NCBI GenBank assembly: GCA_963756875.1
Contig: CAVWPA010000001.1
Location: 256,001-320,000 of the forward strand
From: an uncultured Verrucomicrobiae bacterium
GTDB taxonomy: Bacteria > Verrucomicrobiota > Verrucomicrobiia > Chthoniobacterales > UBA10450
Direction of reading: 5' to 3'
DNA: 64,000 bases
How positions within the stretch are numbered: position 1 is the stretch's first letter; each line of letters begins with the position of its first letter. The notes beneath the pieces are model-generated. The model searched no databases. It saw nothing but the letters and a program-made list of their open reading frames with translations, and was not told the DNA's origin. The position numbers and the translations under genes were made by a program. Of this stretch, positions 29,092 to 40,900 are shown piece by piece.

Positions 29092-30921
29092 TTATTTCAC
29101 GCGAAACACCGTGCCGGTCAGCGCCGGGAGAACCAGTTCGGTTCCATTTTTAGCCACTTGTGTCTTTACCGCTCCCGTTTCGCCGCGGGTGATAAAGATG
29201 GGAATAAGATGTTTTGCGGCGATCTGAAGCTGCATTCGGGCCGCGTTGTCACTGCGGTTGAAAGCGATAATTAATCTCTCTTTGCTCGATTTTCGGCTGA
29301 TAACGATTGTGCGCTGGTCGTCGTCCGTGGCCAAAACCGTAAAATCGCCGTGATTGAGCGCGTCGTGCTTATGTCGCAACGCGATCGCCCGTTTGTAGAA
29401 TTGGAACAGGTCGTCATCGAATTTTACTTCGTCTGCGTCGCGCTCGCGACCGCGCGGATCGATCGTCTGCGCCTCATACGTTTTGTCTCGCCAGACCATC
29501 GGCATCCGGTCGTCCGGATCGCCCCCGCCCCACATGCCGGCTTCGTCTCCGTAATAAATCATCGGCGCACCGACGTACGTCATTTGCAGCAACACAACCA
29601 GTCGCTGGATGTTTCGTTCGCGCTCGTTTGGCTTGCGAATGTCATACGTCGGCGACGAAGCCGGGCTGTTGTGTTGATTAAAATCAAATTCCTGGTTGCC
29701 GCTGTAGACCGTGCCTGCGCCATTCACGATCATCGATGCCAGGCGATCGGTATCGTGCGAGTCGACCAGGTTTTGCATCACGGCGGCAGTGGATGGAGGG
29801 AATTGTTTTCGCCGGTCATCGAGAAGGCGCGCAAATGTCGATGGCGAAATGTTGTTGTCGATCAGGAATCCCTTCACCGGGACGGCAAATGCGTTGTAAT
29901 TCATCGACGCGGAGAATCCGCATTTTTTTACAAAGCCTGTCGCGTTTTTCCAAACTTCCGCCGTGGTATAAACGTTTGGATTTAGTTTTCGAACAAACGC
30001 GTTCCAATCCGACCAAAATTTGGCCGGCCGCTCGTCCGCGGCGTCGAGCCGCCATCCATCGATTCCGTCTGCGCGATTGCCGTTGGGTCGCATCCAGCGC
30101 CGGGTCGCCTGGAAAATGTAAGCTTTCGGTCCCGGGGCCATGTCTTTTCCGTCGGCCGAGGCGGCGAAGATCGGCAGCGTCATGTGTCCCCACCAGCCCT
30201 TGTAACTGAATTCATTTCGCTTCGTGTTCGGATCGTCGAAACTCGTGATCGCGTACCAGCTTTTATAGCGGGAATGCGCCTGATTTGTGCGGATGTCCTT
30301 GAACGCAAAGAAATCGCGGCCGGTATGGTTAAAAACGCCGTCGATAATCACGTGAATGCCGCGGGCGTGACATTGTTTGAGTAGCTCCAGGAACAGTTTG
30401 TCCGCGGCAGTCCATTGCCATGCTTTGGGATCTTCGGTTTCGCTGTTGATGATTTTGAGGTCGCCCTGCGGATCCGGCCCAAAATACGGGTCGATGTGGT
30501 GGTATGTGTTGCCGTCGTATTTATGCAGCGATTCCGAGTAGAAAAGCGGATTGAAATAGATGGCGTTGATCCCGAGGTCGGTCAGATAATCCAGCTTGTC
30601 GATTACGCCCTTGAGATCGCCCCCATAGCGCCGATCGAGCACGCCATCCTTGTAGAAATCAGGTCCGAGTTCCTTTTCCCACTCGTCGCGCGAATACCAG
30701 TCCGCTATCCAGGATGAAATGCGCCACTCGGGGCCGGGCTTGATCGGATACTCGAGCGAATCACGCGTCGGATCGTTGGTTGGATCGCCGTTGCAGAAGC
30801 GTTCCGGGAAAATCTGGTAAAAGACCGCTTCGGCCGCCCAGGGCGGCGAGCCCGCCGTGTCGGCCCTGCCCGAAAGCGTGAAGAGGCAGAGTGCCGCTAA
30901 AACGTAGAAATAGATGCGCAT
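29092..30921 (-). CDS. Exported GH13 neopullulanase/cyclomaltodextrinase-like enzyme
   Basis: Signal peptide; YQIFPERF, YGGDLKG, DGVFNH, DGWRLD, AEVW, SHD, YYGDEAG. Confidence 0.92.
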   Translation of the reverse strand: MRIYFYVLAALCLFTLSGRADTAGSPPWAAEAVFYQIFPERFCNGDPTNDPTRDSLEYPIKPGPEWRISSWIADWYSRDEWEKELGPDFYKDGVLDRRYGGDLKGVIDKLDYLTDLGINAIYFNPLFYSESLHKYDGNTYHHIDPYFGPDPQGDLKIINSETEDPKAWQWTAADKLFLELLKQCHARGIHVIIDGVFNHTGRDFFAFKDIRTNQAHSRYKSWYAITSFDDPNTKRNEFSYKGWWGHMTLPIFAASADGKDMAPGPKAYIFQATRRWMRPNGNRADGIDGWRLDAADERPAKFWSDWNAFVRKLNPNVYTTAEVWKNATGFVKKCGFSASMNYNAFAVPVKGFLIDNNISPSTFARLLDDRRKQFPPSTAAVMQNLVDSHDTDRLASMIVNGAGTVYSGNQEFDFNQHNSPASSPTYDIRKPNERERNIQRLVVLLQMTYVGAPMIYYGDEAGMWGGGDPDDRMPMVWRDKTYEAQTIDPRGRERDADEVKFDDDLFQFYKRAIALRHKHDALNHGDFTVLATDDDQRTIVISRKSSKERLIIAFNRSDNAARMQLQIAAKHLIPIFITRGETGAVKTQVAKNGTELVLPALTGTVFRVK

Positions 30922-31011
30922 TGCAACGGGTAATGTTGAGTTGTAGAGGCGCTCGCAGCGGCGAGCGCCTGTTTACTCTGGTGCGGCGCTTCACACAAAC
31001 GCCGCTAAACT

Positions 31012-34000
31012 CTACGGCACCACACGCACGTGGTAAAAGGCCGGGGTTGTCGCAGTAACGGATTCGTTGGTTGTCGAACCGTTCGCTGTGATCTGATTAC
31101 CAATAGACACGTAAGTTCCATTAGGAGCCGGCGCGGATTCCAGTTGATAATGTTTTCCGGAGACGCTGCTCCACGTTACTGAGACCGTATTGGCATCCGG
31201 CCGAGTAATGTTCATCACTTTAAAGATGGATTTTGGATCAAATGGATTGGTACCCGCCACGTCCTCCGCTGCGTTATCCATTCCGTCGCCATCATCATCT
31301 CCGTTCGGATCCAGGTACTTGATCGTCGTCGGCGAGCTGGATGGTCCGGTAATGCTGTTGTCACTCGGATTCACGACCTGAATCGTGACGACAACAGTTT
31401 GGCCGGGCGCAGCGTTGATTGTGTACTGAGTCGAGCAAGTGATGACAGTCGGCTGCTGTAGTCCATCGATCGTGTAGTCGACCCTGTAACATGGGGTAAC
31501 GCCTTCCCCGTCTGCGGGCGCAGCGTTCCAGGTCACGGTCACGCTGGTGCCGATGGCGTAGGAATATGCATTCGGTGTGCTGGCAGATCCCGGTGTCGTG
31601 CTTGGCGCAGTCACGTCGTAAACCTTCAAATACTGCGTCTCGTAGGGACTCGTCGTCCAAGATGCATTATCAGTGGGCACTTTATTCAGCGAAACGAAAA
31701 CCCCATTGGTTAACACATCGGTCCCGGTCCGGCCGCCACCCCAGAGCAAATAATTTCGGCGGCTCGGATCCTGCCCGGTGTAGGCCGCAATGTTGCGCAC
31801 ATTGTAGGTCCGGCTCGTTTTAATCCCGAACAGATTCGATCCGTTCTGCGTGATGTTCACGTTGAAATTGCCGGACTGATTGTTGCCTCGATCCAGGTTT
31901 ACAAAGGCAAATATGACATCGGTCGTGGCGGGCGAGCCGTTTGGCGTTTCGTATTTTGCGACCGAGAAGATGCTCGGCTGAATGTGCCATCGGTCTGGTT
32001 CAGGTAGTAACGGTTCGAGCTCCGTAACGCATTGCTGAACAGGCGTGCCTGGCCGATCCCGGAGTAAACCGGATAAAGCTGATCGTTGCCGAAATCCGTG
32101 TCGTTCCAAATCGGCGTCATGGAGTTGAAGTCCTTAAAGTCGGCGATGTTCTTGCCAAAGTTCACTTCGTAATGCTGGTAACCGTAGGTGGTCGAGATTC
32201 CCAGCTCTTGTCCCGGGAAAATAAGCGGCACGCCGTCGATGGTGCTGCAAACGGCATATCGAATGACTCCCTGCCAGGGATCCTGATAGGCTTCTTCGTC
32301 GTGCGACATGTTATTGAGCAGAACCAGGCTTTGCCCGTAAGAGCTGCGGCGAGCGTCAAAGATGCCGCGATAGTCGCTGGTCGAACCCGCATTCTTGAGC
32401 GGGAAAACGATGTTTTCGTTAAGGATATCGAAATGCCGGTTGGAACGATAAGTGACAGCCCCGCCGTCGAGCGATTCGGCCATGAAAACGAAATTCCATT
32501 TTCGTGTCCGGGTCTTGTTAATGATGTACTCCCAAAGTTGTGGAGGAAGGCCCTGGCCAAAGTCGGCGCGCAGGCCATCGATTCCATGAGCGGTTTGCGT
32601 GGCCAGATCGGCGCCCGCATGCACGCCTGTCTGATCCAGCCAGTAAAGCGTGTAATTCGAAAAATATTTCCAGACATTTTGTGTGACCTGATCGAAATGA
32701 CCATTGCCATCGCCGGATAAGTTTTCGGTGCCGATCGAGTAGTCGAACCAATCCTGTTCGTTCAGGTAGTTCCCGTTGTCGTCGGGATTGATGTCCACCA
32801 GCGCCGCATAGCGCCCAAAGTAAACGTCGCGGACGTCATCCCATTTTCCAAAGTCGCCGCGATCGGGCGCAACGGCGATGCTATTGGCATCGAATGCCCG
32901 CATCGCGTAGTTGCCGCTTCGAGAATAAAATCGTGCGTCGACGTCGCGGAACAATTGTGATGCGCTTGGATTGGAGCCGAAAAGGCTTGTGCCTTGCGAG
33001 CTGATCTCGCAATCGGGTGCCGTGTGATTGAACGGGGCATCGAGCATTACGCCCACGCCTGCGTCATCCGCGGCGCCGACCAGCCCGACAAAAGCTGCTT
33101 TGGCCGCATCGCGGTTTTGCTGGTTGGTGATGGCATTCGGCAGGTTCGGGTCGTAGTTCATCGACATCAGCGGATCGATCTCGAAGAAATTGCGGATGGA
33201 ATAGGGGCTGCCTGGGTTATGGCCCTGTTGTGCTTCGAGCGTGATCGGATGAATCGGCTGAAACCAGAGCCAGTTGGAGCCGAGCGTCTTGAGGTAGTTC
33301 AAATTCCAATGATTGTTTGCCCCTTGATGCGGTGCATTCGGCGCGTCGAACAAATCTTCCAGCGTGCCGCGGTTGGCGAATTGATCGCCGTCCGCTTCGA
33401 CGTTGAAGACGTTCATTTCATAGAGATTGATGTCTCTTGCGTCGACCGGGGAAACAACAATTGCGTGGTCGCGTCGTCCCGCTCCGATATCCGTATAGTA
33501 ATGCCAGTTCGGATCGCCTTGCACTTTCCAGCGCGCAGTCAGTCGATAAGCGCCGGTCTTGTTCGCATCGAGCGTGAGCGAGTATTCCCCGGGATTTCCG
33601 TCTGCCGGCATGGTGTACGCCTTGTAGTAATGCGAATCGTCGCCCGCCACGAGCAGGTTGCCGTCCAGAGGTTCGATTCCTTCTTCGGTTTGGATCCCAT
33701 TGGTGTCGGTATAGGGGAGGGTCGCCTTGTCCCGACGGTTCAGGTTCGTGTAAATCTCCACGGCTGTGATGTTGGGCTGGCCGGGCTGAAAGACGATCGT
33801 AAATGGGATTGAATCGCCGTGCGTCTCGTCAATGAACACGTGGCTCGTGGTGTAATTCGCGTTCAACGTGCCGTTCGTCGGACTCGTGACCGTCAAAACC
33901 GGGTCGCCAACGTTGCCGATGTTGAAGAGAAAATGTGCCCGTGGTAATCGGTGCCGTCACCGGCGTTGTAATCGCCGAATTTTTGTTCGTTGTTCGCCGG

Positions 34001-34895
34001 ATTCCAGAACCCAACCTTGTATTTGATTGTTGTGCCGAGCGGCTCGTTTAACAGATTCGGACCGGTCGCGACCCACCACATGGCGGTCCCGGCTGCGCTT
34101 CCGGTGCCGCCATTTTGTCCGTTGTTGTTGTCCGGGTGATCGTAAATGAAATTCGACCACCTGCGTGGAGCCGCTCCGGCCGTGCCCGGAGATCGTGCCG
34201 GCACCGGGTCGGTCCATCGGTCGTATAATAAAGAGCGCCGTTCGTGGCCCATCGCGTCGACAAATCGTTGATGTCGCCGATGTAACCGATCTTCGCCCAG
34301 AACTGGATATCCGAGCCGGAGTTCGCCCGATTGTTCGCGTGAAAAATCCAGCCGGGCCGATTGCGAATCGTGAACGGAAACGTTGCAGCGGTACTTTGTC
34401 TGATTCGTGACATCGCCGCCGTGATCGCCTGAGCCGGTACGGCGCATAAATATAGGTGTTCTCCGCGCCGCGAATCGAAAGTCAGATAGAGATAATATTG
34501 AATGACTTCGTTCGCGCCGATCCCCGCACTGGCCCGGCGTGAAACTGCGCCTGCCAATACTGATTGTTATCGATAGTCACGACCTGGCCATAGACGTGTC
34601 GAATGGAACGAAGTTCCAGGTACCTTGGGACGCGCCTTTGTAATAGAGCTCCGCCGCCCGTCTGGTTCGCGTGTGCCATAGGAGTTATTGAATTTTTGGA
34701 CGCCGCTATAAATCGTGATGCCTTGTGTGTTGCTGATCTCCATCCACGGATCGCGCATGTGCGTGTCCCGCTCAGATCGGTGTTGTTATCCGGGATATGC
34801 CAGGCGTTCGCGGCGTGGCCGAATCGGATGGGCAAAGCTTGCCAAAGCCGATGAGCGCAAGGACCGAAACACGAAAAAACAGATCTCCCTTTCAT
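31012..34895 (-). CDS. ~1290-aa secreted multidomain GH13 enzyme (several frameshifts)
   Basis: Contiguous ORF pieces; GSPYS, DAPFNH, DGLRAD, MAES, SHDE; DxDGDG/GTNP repeat and C-terminal FY domain. Confidence 0.82.
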
Positions 34896-34903
34896 ATTCC
34901 TGA

Positions 34904-37900
34904 TTACTTATGGCACAGACTTACCTGCAGTTTATAGAACCGCGGTTGCGCTGATGTCGGCGGTGAACCGGTGTCGGTTCCGTTGTCGATGTAGGTAATC
35001 ATCGACCCCGTTCCCGAAATTGCGTTGCCCGCCGGCATCCATGGACCGTTGATGCTGCCGGCATAAAGAATTTGATAATTGCGATCGTGAATCGTCGAGA
35101 ACGTCAGGTCGACGGTCGATGGAGTCGGCCGGGTAATGATTAACTCGGCTTTGGCGCTGTCGGCCAGGACCGGGTTCGTCCCAAGAATGTATTCCTGCAG
35201 ATTGGTCAGGCCATCGCCATCCGGATCGTCGCCCGCGCGCGAAAGATCGCCGGCCTGGGCGGTTGGGTGACCGAAATACTGCTGGCTCCACCAATCGGGA
35301 ATTCCGTCGCCGTCACTGTCGTAGGTGACTGCCGCGCCCGTCTCAAATCCCAGTGCGAAATTCATAGTTCCGTTTCCTTGCAACTCTACCTGTTGCGTTT
35401 GCGCCTGGTTCCGCATCGCGACCGTATCGAGGACGTTGGCGTCCGAGTCGTTGCGCCGTCGCATTGAACGAAGCTCCAGAATAACCCGCGCCGCCAAAGC
35501 GCAGATATGCTCGCACCATGCGGCTTGGATTGGTGTTCAACAAATCGACTTCGCTCGAGCTGGTGATCAAGTTTCCGAGGTGCGATTGGCCCGCGGTCAA
35601 AAGATCGAGAAGATCCGGCGACAAGCCGAAGCGCACAAAGAGCTGAACAAATCCAGTCGTTGTATAGCTCGCCTGCAACTCACTTTTTCCGGGGGCAAGC
35701 GTAATCGTTTTGGAAATGTTGCCGTCGGAACTGGTAAATTTCCAGCCAACGCTGGAAGGCGCCGGCGCGACGGAGTAATAGTCGTTCACGTACTGGAACG
35801 TCCCGTTGCCCATGGCGTCGGTCTTGGCGAACCAGTCCTTGAACCCGGATGTTCGATAAGCGTTGACCGCAGCGCCGTTGAAATTTCCCGCGCCTTCTTC
35901 TTCGGTTTCCGATCCCGCATAGCTCGCAAAATTTCCAAGCACCTGTGAAACAGAGCCCGTGTCGATATCGCGCAACCAGGCGCCGATCAGGCGGCCACCG
36001 AGCGATTTTGCCGGTCCGTTTGTCGGGCCACCGCTTTCGAAAACGGCCAGCAGCCGATCGTTGTAGAGCAAATACTCATTTTCTCCGTCAAGATCCACGT
36101 CGGCCTGCTCGGAAACTGCGCTGCCATTGTAAGTGCCGTTGTTCGCCGCTTGCGCCCAGGTATTGACCCGCGCGTAAATCGCCGCCTCGCGCGTTTGCGC
36201 CTGGGCGATCTTCGAAAATCCGGCGAGATTTTGGAAGCCGGTGTCCGGATAGATATAGGCGCCGGTGCTGAATTTGCTCAGATCGTTCGCTGTCTCATTA
36301 TGAAACGCGGTCTCGAATTCCGAGGCGTGGATTGTCGCGCGGCCGAGCGAAAGCAGGCCTGTGTTTGTCGGTCCGGGAACGATTCCACCGAGCGCCTGCC
36401 AGCTGGTCAGGACAATTCCCGCCGGGTTGGGCGCGCCATCCAACCAGCCGTAAGGCGTTGGCATGGCCACGCCGGTCCGGATATTGAAGACCTTGCTGCT
36501 CAAACTTTCTTCGAGCGCCGAACCGAAATACCAGTTGTCGTAATTTTCCTCGTCTGCGTGGTCGATAAAATCCTTGGCCACATTTGGAAGATTCAGATTG
36601 CTGCCGCGGTTCACCGTACCCCATTGCGTTGCGGTGCCGCCGTTCGAATTGAAGCTGACCTGGTTGTTCGCAATCTGATCGGGCGTGACGATCTCGATCC
36701 ATGGATGGCTTGCCAGCCAGCGAATGTTCTTGTCGTAGGCGTCCGCACTCGCCTTTGTCGTAAAGTCTTCCCACTGATTAATGAAAATGACGGCCTGGTC
36801 CTGCTGACTATCGCGCGTTTTACGGCTCAACAATTGCCGCAGCAGGATGGGCAGACCGTTATCGTCGTTCTGGAGCAAGTAAGCGCCTACAGCATCGTTG
36901 ATGACGAATGCTTTCGTGTTGTTAATCTGGTTAATGCGGTAGCCATCGTCGCCGAGCGCCGAGTTGCGGCCGAACCATTTGAAGATATGCCGCATCTGAT
37001 CGACAAACGTGTACTGGAATCCAAGATCGGTGACCTTTTGAAGCACGCCGGGATCGGAGACGCGTTCGGGTGTCCAAAAGACGGTGCTGGAAGGCGCGTG
37101 CCCATAAATCGTGGTTAGAAAATCGTTGGCCAGTTCGACGTTGTCGGTGTTGTACGCGGTCGGGAAATAGTCGAGCATGTGGTCGGAGAATGTGCTGCCG
37201 ATCAGATCGATGGTTCCGTTGCCGATCAGATTGGAGATGCGGGCGTTGAAAGCCGGGCCATCTCGAAAACTATTTGGCGAACCGGCATCCACCTTTGCCC
37301 ATTGGATCGCGGAGGCGAGTGGCGGCGTGATGTGCAGCGTGACCGGCACGTTAAAAGCCTCATGCGCGTCGAGTGGGCGATAATAGCCGCCTCCCAGGCC
37401 ATTATTGATCAGATTCTGCGTGACGCTCCCAGGTTGAATCGCCTCGTTCCCATGGATAATGCTCACCACTTTCACCCGTTTGCCGCGATCGTTGTCGGCA
37501 TTGATCCCTACCCATTGAGTTAGCATGCTGTTGGCACCTGCAATATTCGGCTGATCCTGCCAGTAATCCGACGCGATCTTATCGTTGCGGATCGAATCGC
37601 GAATATCCGAGCGACCGCCGATGTCTCCCGCTCCAACCGGATTGTCCTGGGTGCCGTCCCTCGTCGTGAACACCTGGTAAAGAAGATTGTTCGGATCTCC
37701 ATTCCAGCCCGCATCGAGCAATGCCTGGCGGCTGATCGAGAATTCGACCGCGTCGAGATCGGAATTGTAATACGCCTTCTTAAATCCGTTCGCGGTGTTT
37801 TGATCGCGCGCGGTGACACCGAATTGGGCGAGGTCCTGGCCGATTGCCGTCGAATGGGTCGGCGAATTTTTGTCCCAGAGATAAACACGGCCAACGTCGG

Positions 37901-40900
37901 ATTGGTAAGCCACGACCACGGCCTGCCATTTCAAAGCGGTTCCGGTATCCACCTGATCGGGCAGATTGTATTCGCCGGTGCCGGGGTTTCCGAAGTTGAT
38001 CGCAACGTATATATCGAGGTGGCCCTGTTCGGCGTAAGCCGCCAAATCCTCCATGTCCACGCGGAAATAGAAATTGCCGTCGCCGCCTTGCGCGACCGCG
38101 CCACCGTCATGGGCATAGAACGCGACCATATCGCGCGACGAATCGAATCCATCGTAGGCATGATACACGTCGCCCTGATTGAAATTGATTCCGTCACCGT
38201 CATACGGATCGAGAGCAATCAAATCGTTCTCCGTCCAATCTGTGAGTTCGTGTTGGTTGGTCACCGCGCCGACGGTCGTAGTCGAGCCGGGCCCGATTGT
38301 GATTGCGCCCGGCGGCGGAGGCGGCGGTGTTCCCGCGACATTCGGGTCCGTGTTGGCCAGATATTCCAGGTAATTGCTGACGCCGTCTGCCATCCGGATC
38401 GCCATTGTCGCCGTTGTCCGTGGTCGTAATGAGTTTGCCGGTGTGAAGATTGTAATGACCAACTACGCCGTCATCGAACGGATCGAGGTTATGCTGAAGC
38501 TTCCATCCGTCCGGCAGGTTCGTATCCGTGGTGCTGAACCGTCGCGGATCGGTTTCGAGCCAGATCACATCGAGCTGATCGGCTCGAATGTTTCCACCTG
38601 GGCGGAAGACATTGTTCAGTTTCGTCTTGTCCAGCCTCGTTGAGGCGTAGGTGAGCCCGTCCTTTGGATCGACGAAGGTCGAGCAGAAGTTGGAGTAATA
38701 GAACGTGACCAGTTGCGACCCTGGCGCGGAACCGGTGACCGTGACATTCTTCTTGAAATCGTCCAGGGTGCCGAGCACGACGAAGTTGCCCTGTCCGTCC
38801 GTCTGATTCCGATCGATGATTGCGAGGTCGACAATTCCGTTATGATTGGCGTCTTCATTGCCATCGGTGATTCCGTCGCCGTCCGTATCCGCGTTGTTCG
38901 GATCGGTCTCCAGCCACACCGCATTTGGCGCGTGGGCCAACACCTTGGCCTTGTCGATCTTCGAAGTGTTATAGACGGTCGGCGGATGCGCGACGGCGTG
39001 AAGCACACCGCCGCCATCCGGAACGCCGATGTCGACGCGGCCGTTGTGAATCAGCCGGTAAGTAGCCGGATTATTGTTGCCGTCGAGAGTGATGGCGAAC
39101 GTGCGGTCTTCAAAACCGTCGTACACAGCGTCGTCATCTGTGTCGGGTTTGTTCGGATCCGTCATTGACCCGGCGATCTGGTCCGTGCGCGAGTTGTTCA
39201 GGTTATACGGCCAGGGATCGAAGAAGCTGTAATCCTCGCCGGCAGGCGGACCGCCGTTGTCCGTCGTGTTGTAAACCGGTGGATCAAGATCCGATTGGAA
39301 ATTTGGGACCCCGTCGCCGTTCGTATCGGTGTTGACGTTCGTATCGCCAACGGCGGTTCCCCAACCGAGTTCCAACCCATCAGACAGACCGTCCCCGTCC
39401 GTGTCGGGATTTAACGGATCGGTCTTGCCGGAAATTGCCCAAATGTGGACTTGATCGTTCGTCCAGGTTTCCGAGTTGGTCGTCGGCAACGGAATCGCCG
39501 TCGTTTCGATCGGCGCGGATGTTGGACCGTAGAGGCCGAGTCCGTCATCATCGAGATCGTCCTTCCCTGAGTTGGCATCGACGATTTGGCGGAAAACAAC
39601 CTGTGCATTTCGCGCGGCTGCAGCGGTGCCGCCGGGAGCTGTCACCGTGGAAACAAATTGATAGTTACCTTCGCTCACGTTGTTCCAGGTAAAATTCCAG
39701 AACTTGCTGGTGCCGTTTGTGCTTGGATTTGGCGTACTGGAAGTGCTCGGGTTGAGGGTGATATTTCCCGAGCCAATCGTGAAATTGATCGCCACGTCGG
39801 TTGCATCCGTATCGGTTTCGACCTGTACGGGCACGGCGCGCTGATCGGCGGTTGGCGACGCGACGTCGGGCAATATGATGACGTACGCCTTGCCGTCCGA
39901 ATCGACTTCCGGCGGCGTAACAATAACATCTCGAACGACCGGCACTGCGCGGGCCTTCACCAGCCGGGTCGCTTCCAAGCGTCGGATTGCCCGGATCGGT
40001 ATAAGTTACATCGATGGTATGAAGAAAATCGGGCTGATCGTTGTACAAGTTCGGGAGCTGGAAAGCCAGTTCGTGGTAATCGCTGGTGACATCGTAGTTG
40101 ATGGAATAATCCGTCCGGCTCTGCGCAACGCCGTTGGCGGAGGAACCAGACTCGCTGCTCGCTAATTTGATCAGGAAACGGTTGATCAGTGTTTGGGTGT
40201 CGGGGCCGTCGGCCAGCGATTTGCTGAACCAGACTTTCATGACGTAATTGGAATCGACGACGTCGCCATCATTAGGCGGGAAACGCAATGAACATCCGGG
40301 TATTCGGCCCGGCCGTGTTCACCTGTCGCATCAGCGTCGTGTAATGGCCTGCCGCGTCGCTTAAATTGAAATCCTTGTATTCAGCGGAGGACAGTTCGCG
40401 CAGCCGGACCTGGATCGTCGCGGTGCCGGTCGAAGGGATATTATTGTAGTTGAATCGCCATTCGCGAGGATAGATGCTGGTGACAGCGGGATTTGGCGTC
40501 ACTTCCGTCGCCATGCACCCAGGTGGTCGCGATGTTGTTGTTCCAGACGCCGTCGCCGTTCAAGTCCTGGAACGGTTCGCCCGGCATCCCAGGTGCCGTT
40601 GCCATTGCTGTCCGTAAACGGCTCGAATCCGATCCCGTTGCCGCCCTGGGTGTGAGTTGCCGTGTCGTTGTTCGACGCGATCGCCATCGTCAATGTGATA
40701 CCACACCTCGGTCACACTCGGGTCGGTCCGAACGACAACGCCATAACGCGAACCGCCAATGGTTTCGTTCTCGGCCGGAAACTTGATTTCACCCTGAGGC
40801 GACTGCGCATCGTAATAGAACGTCTGAACAAACGTGTTGTAGATCGAGCTGCGCAGACCGTTGCCCACGCCGGAGCTGTCACGTTTCAGAAATGCGCGGG

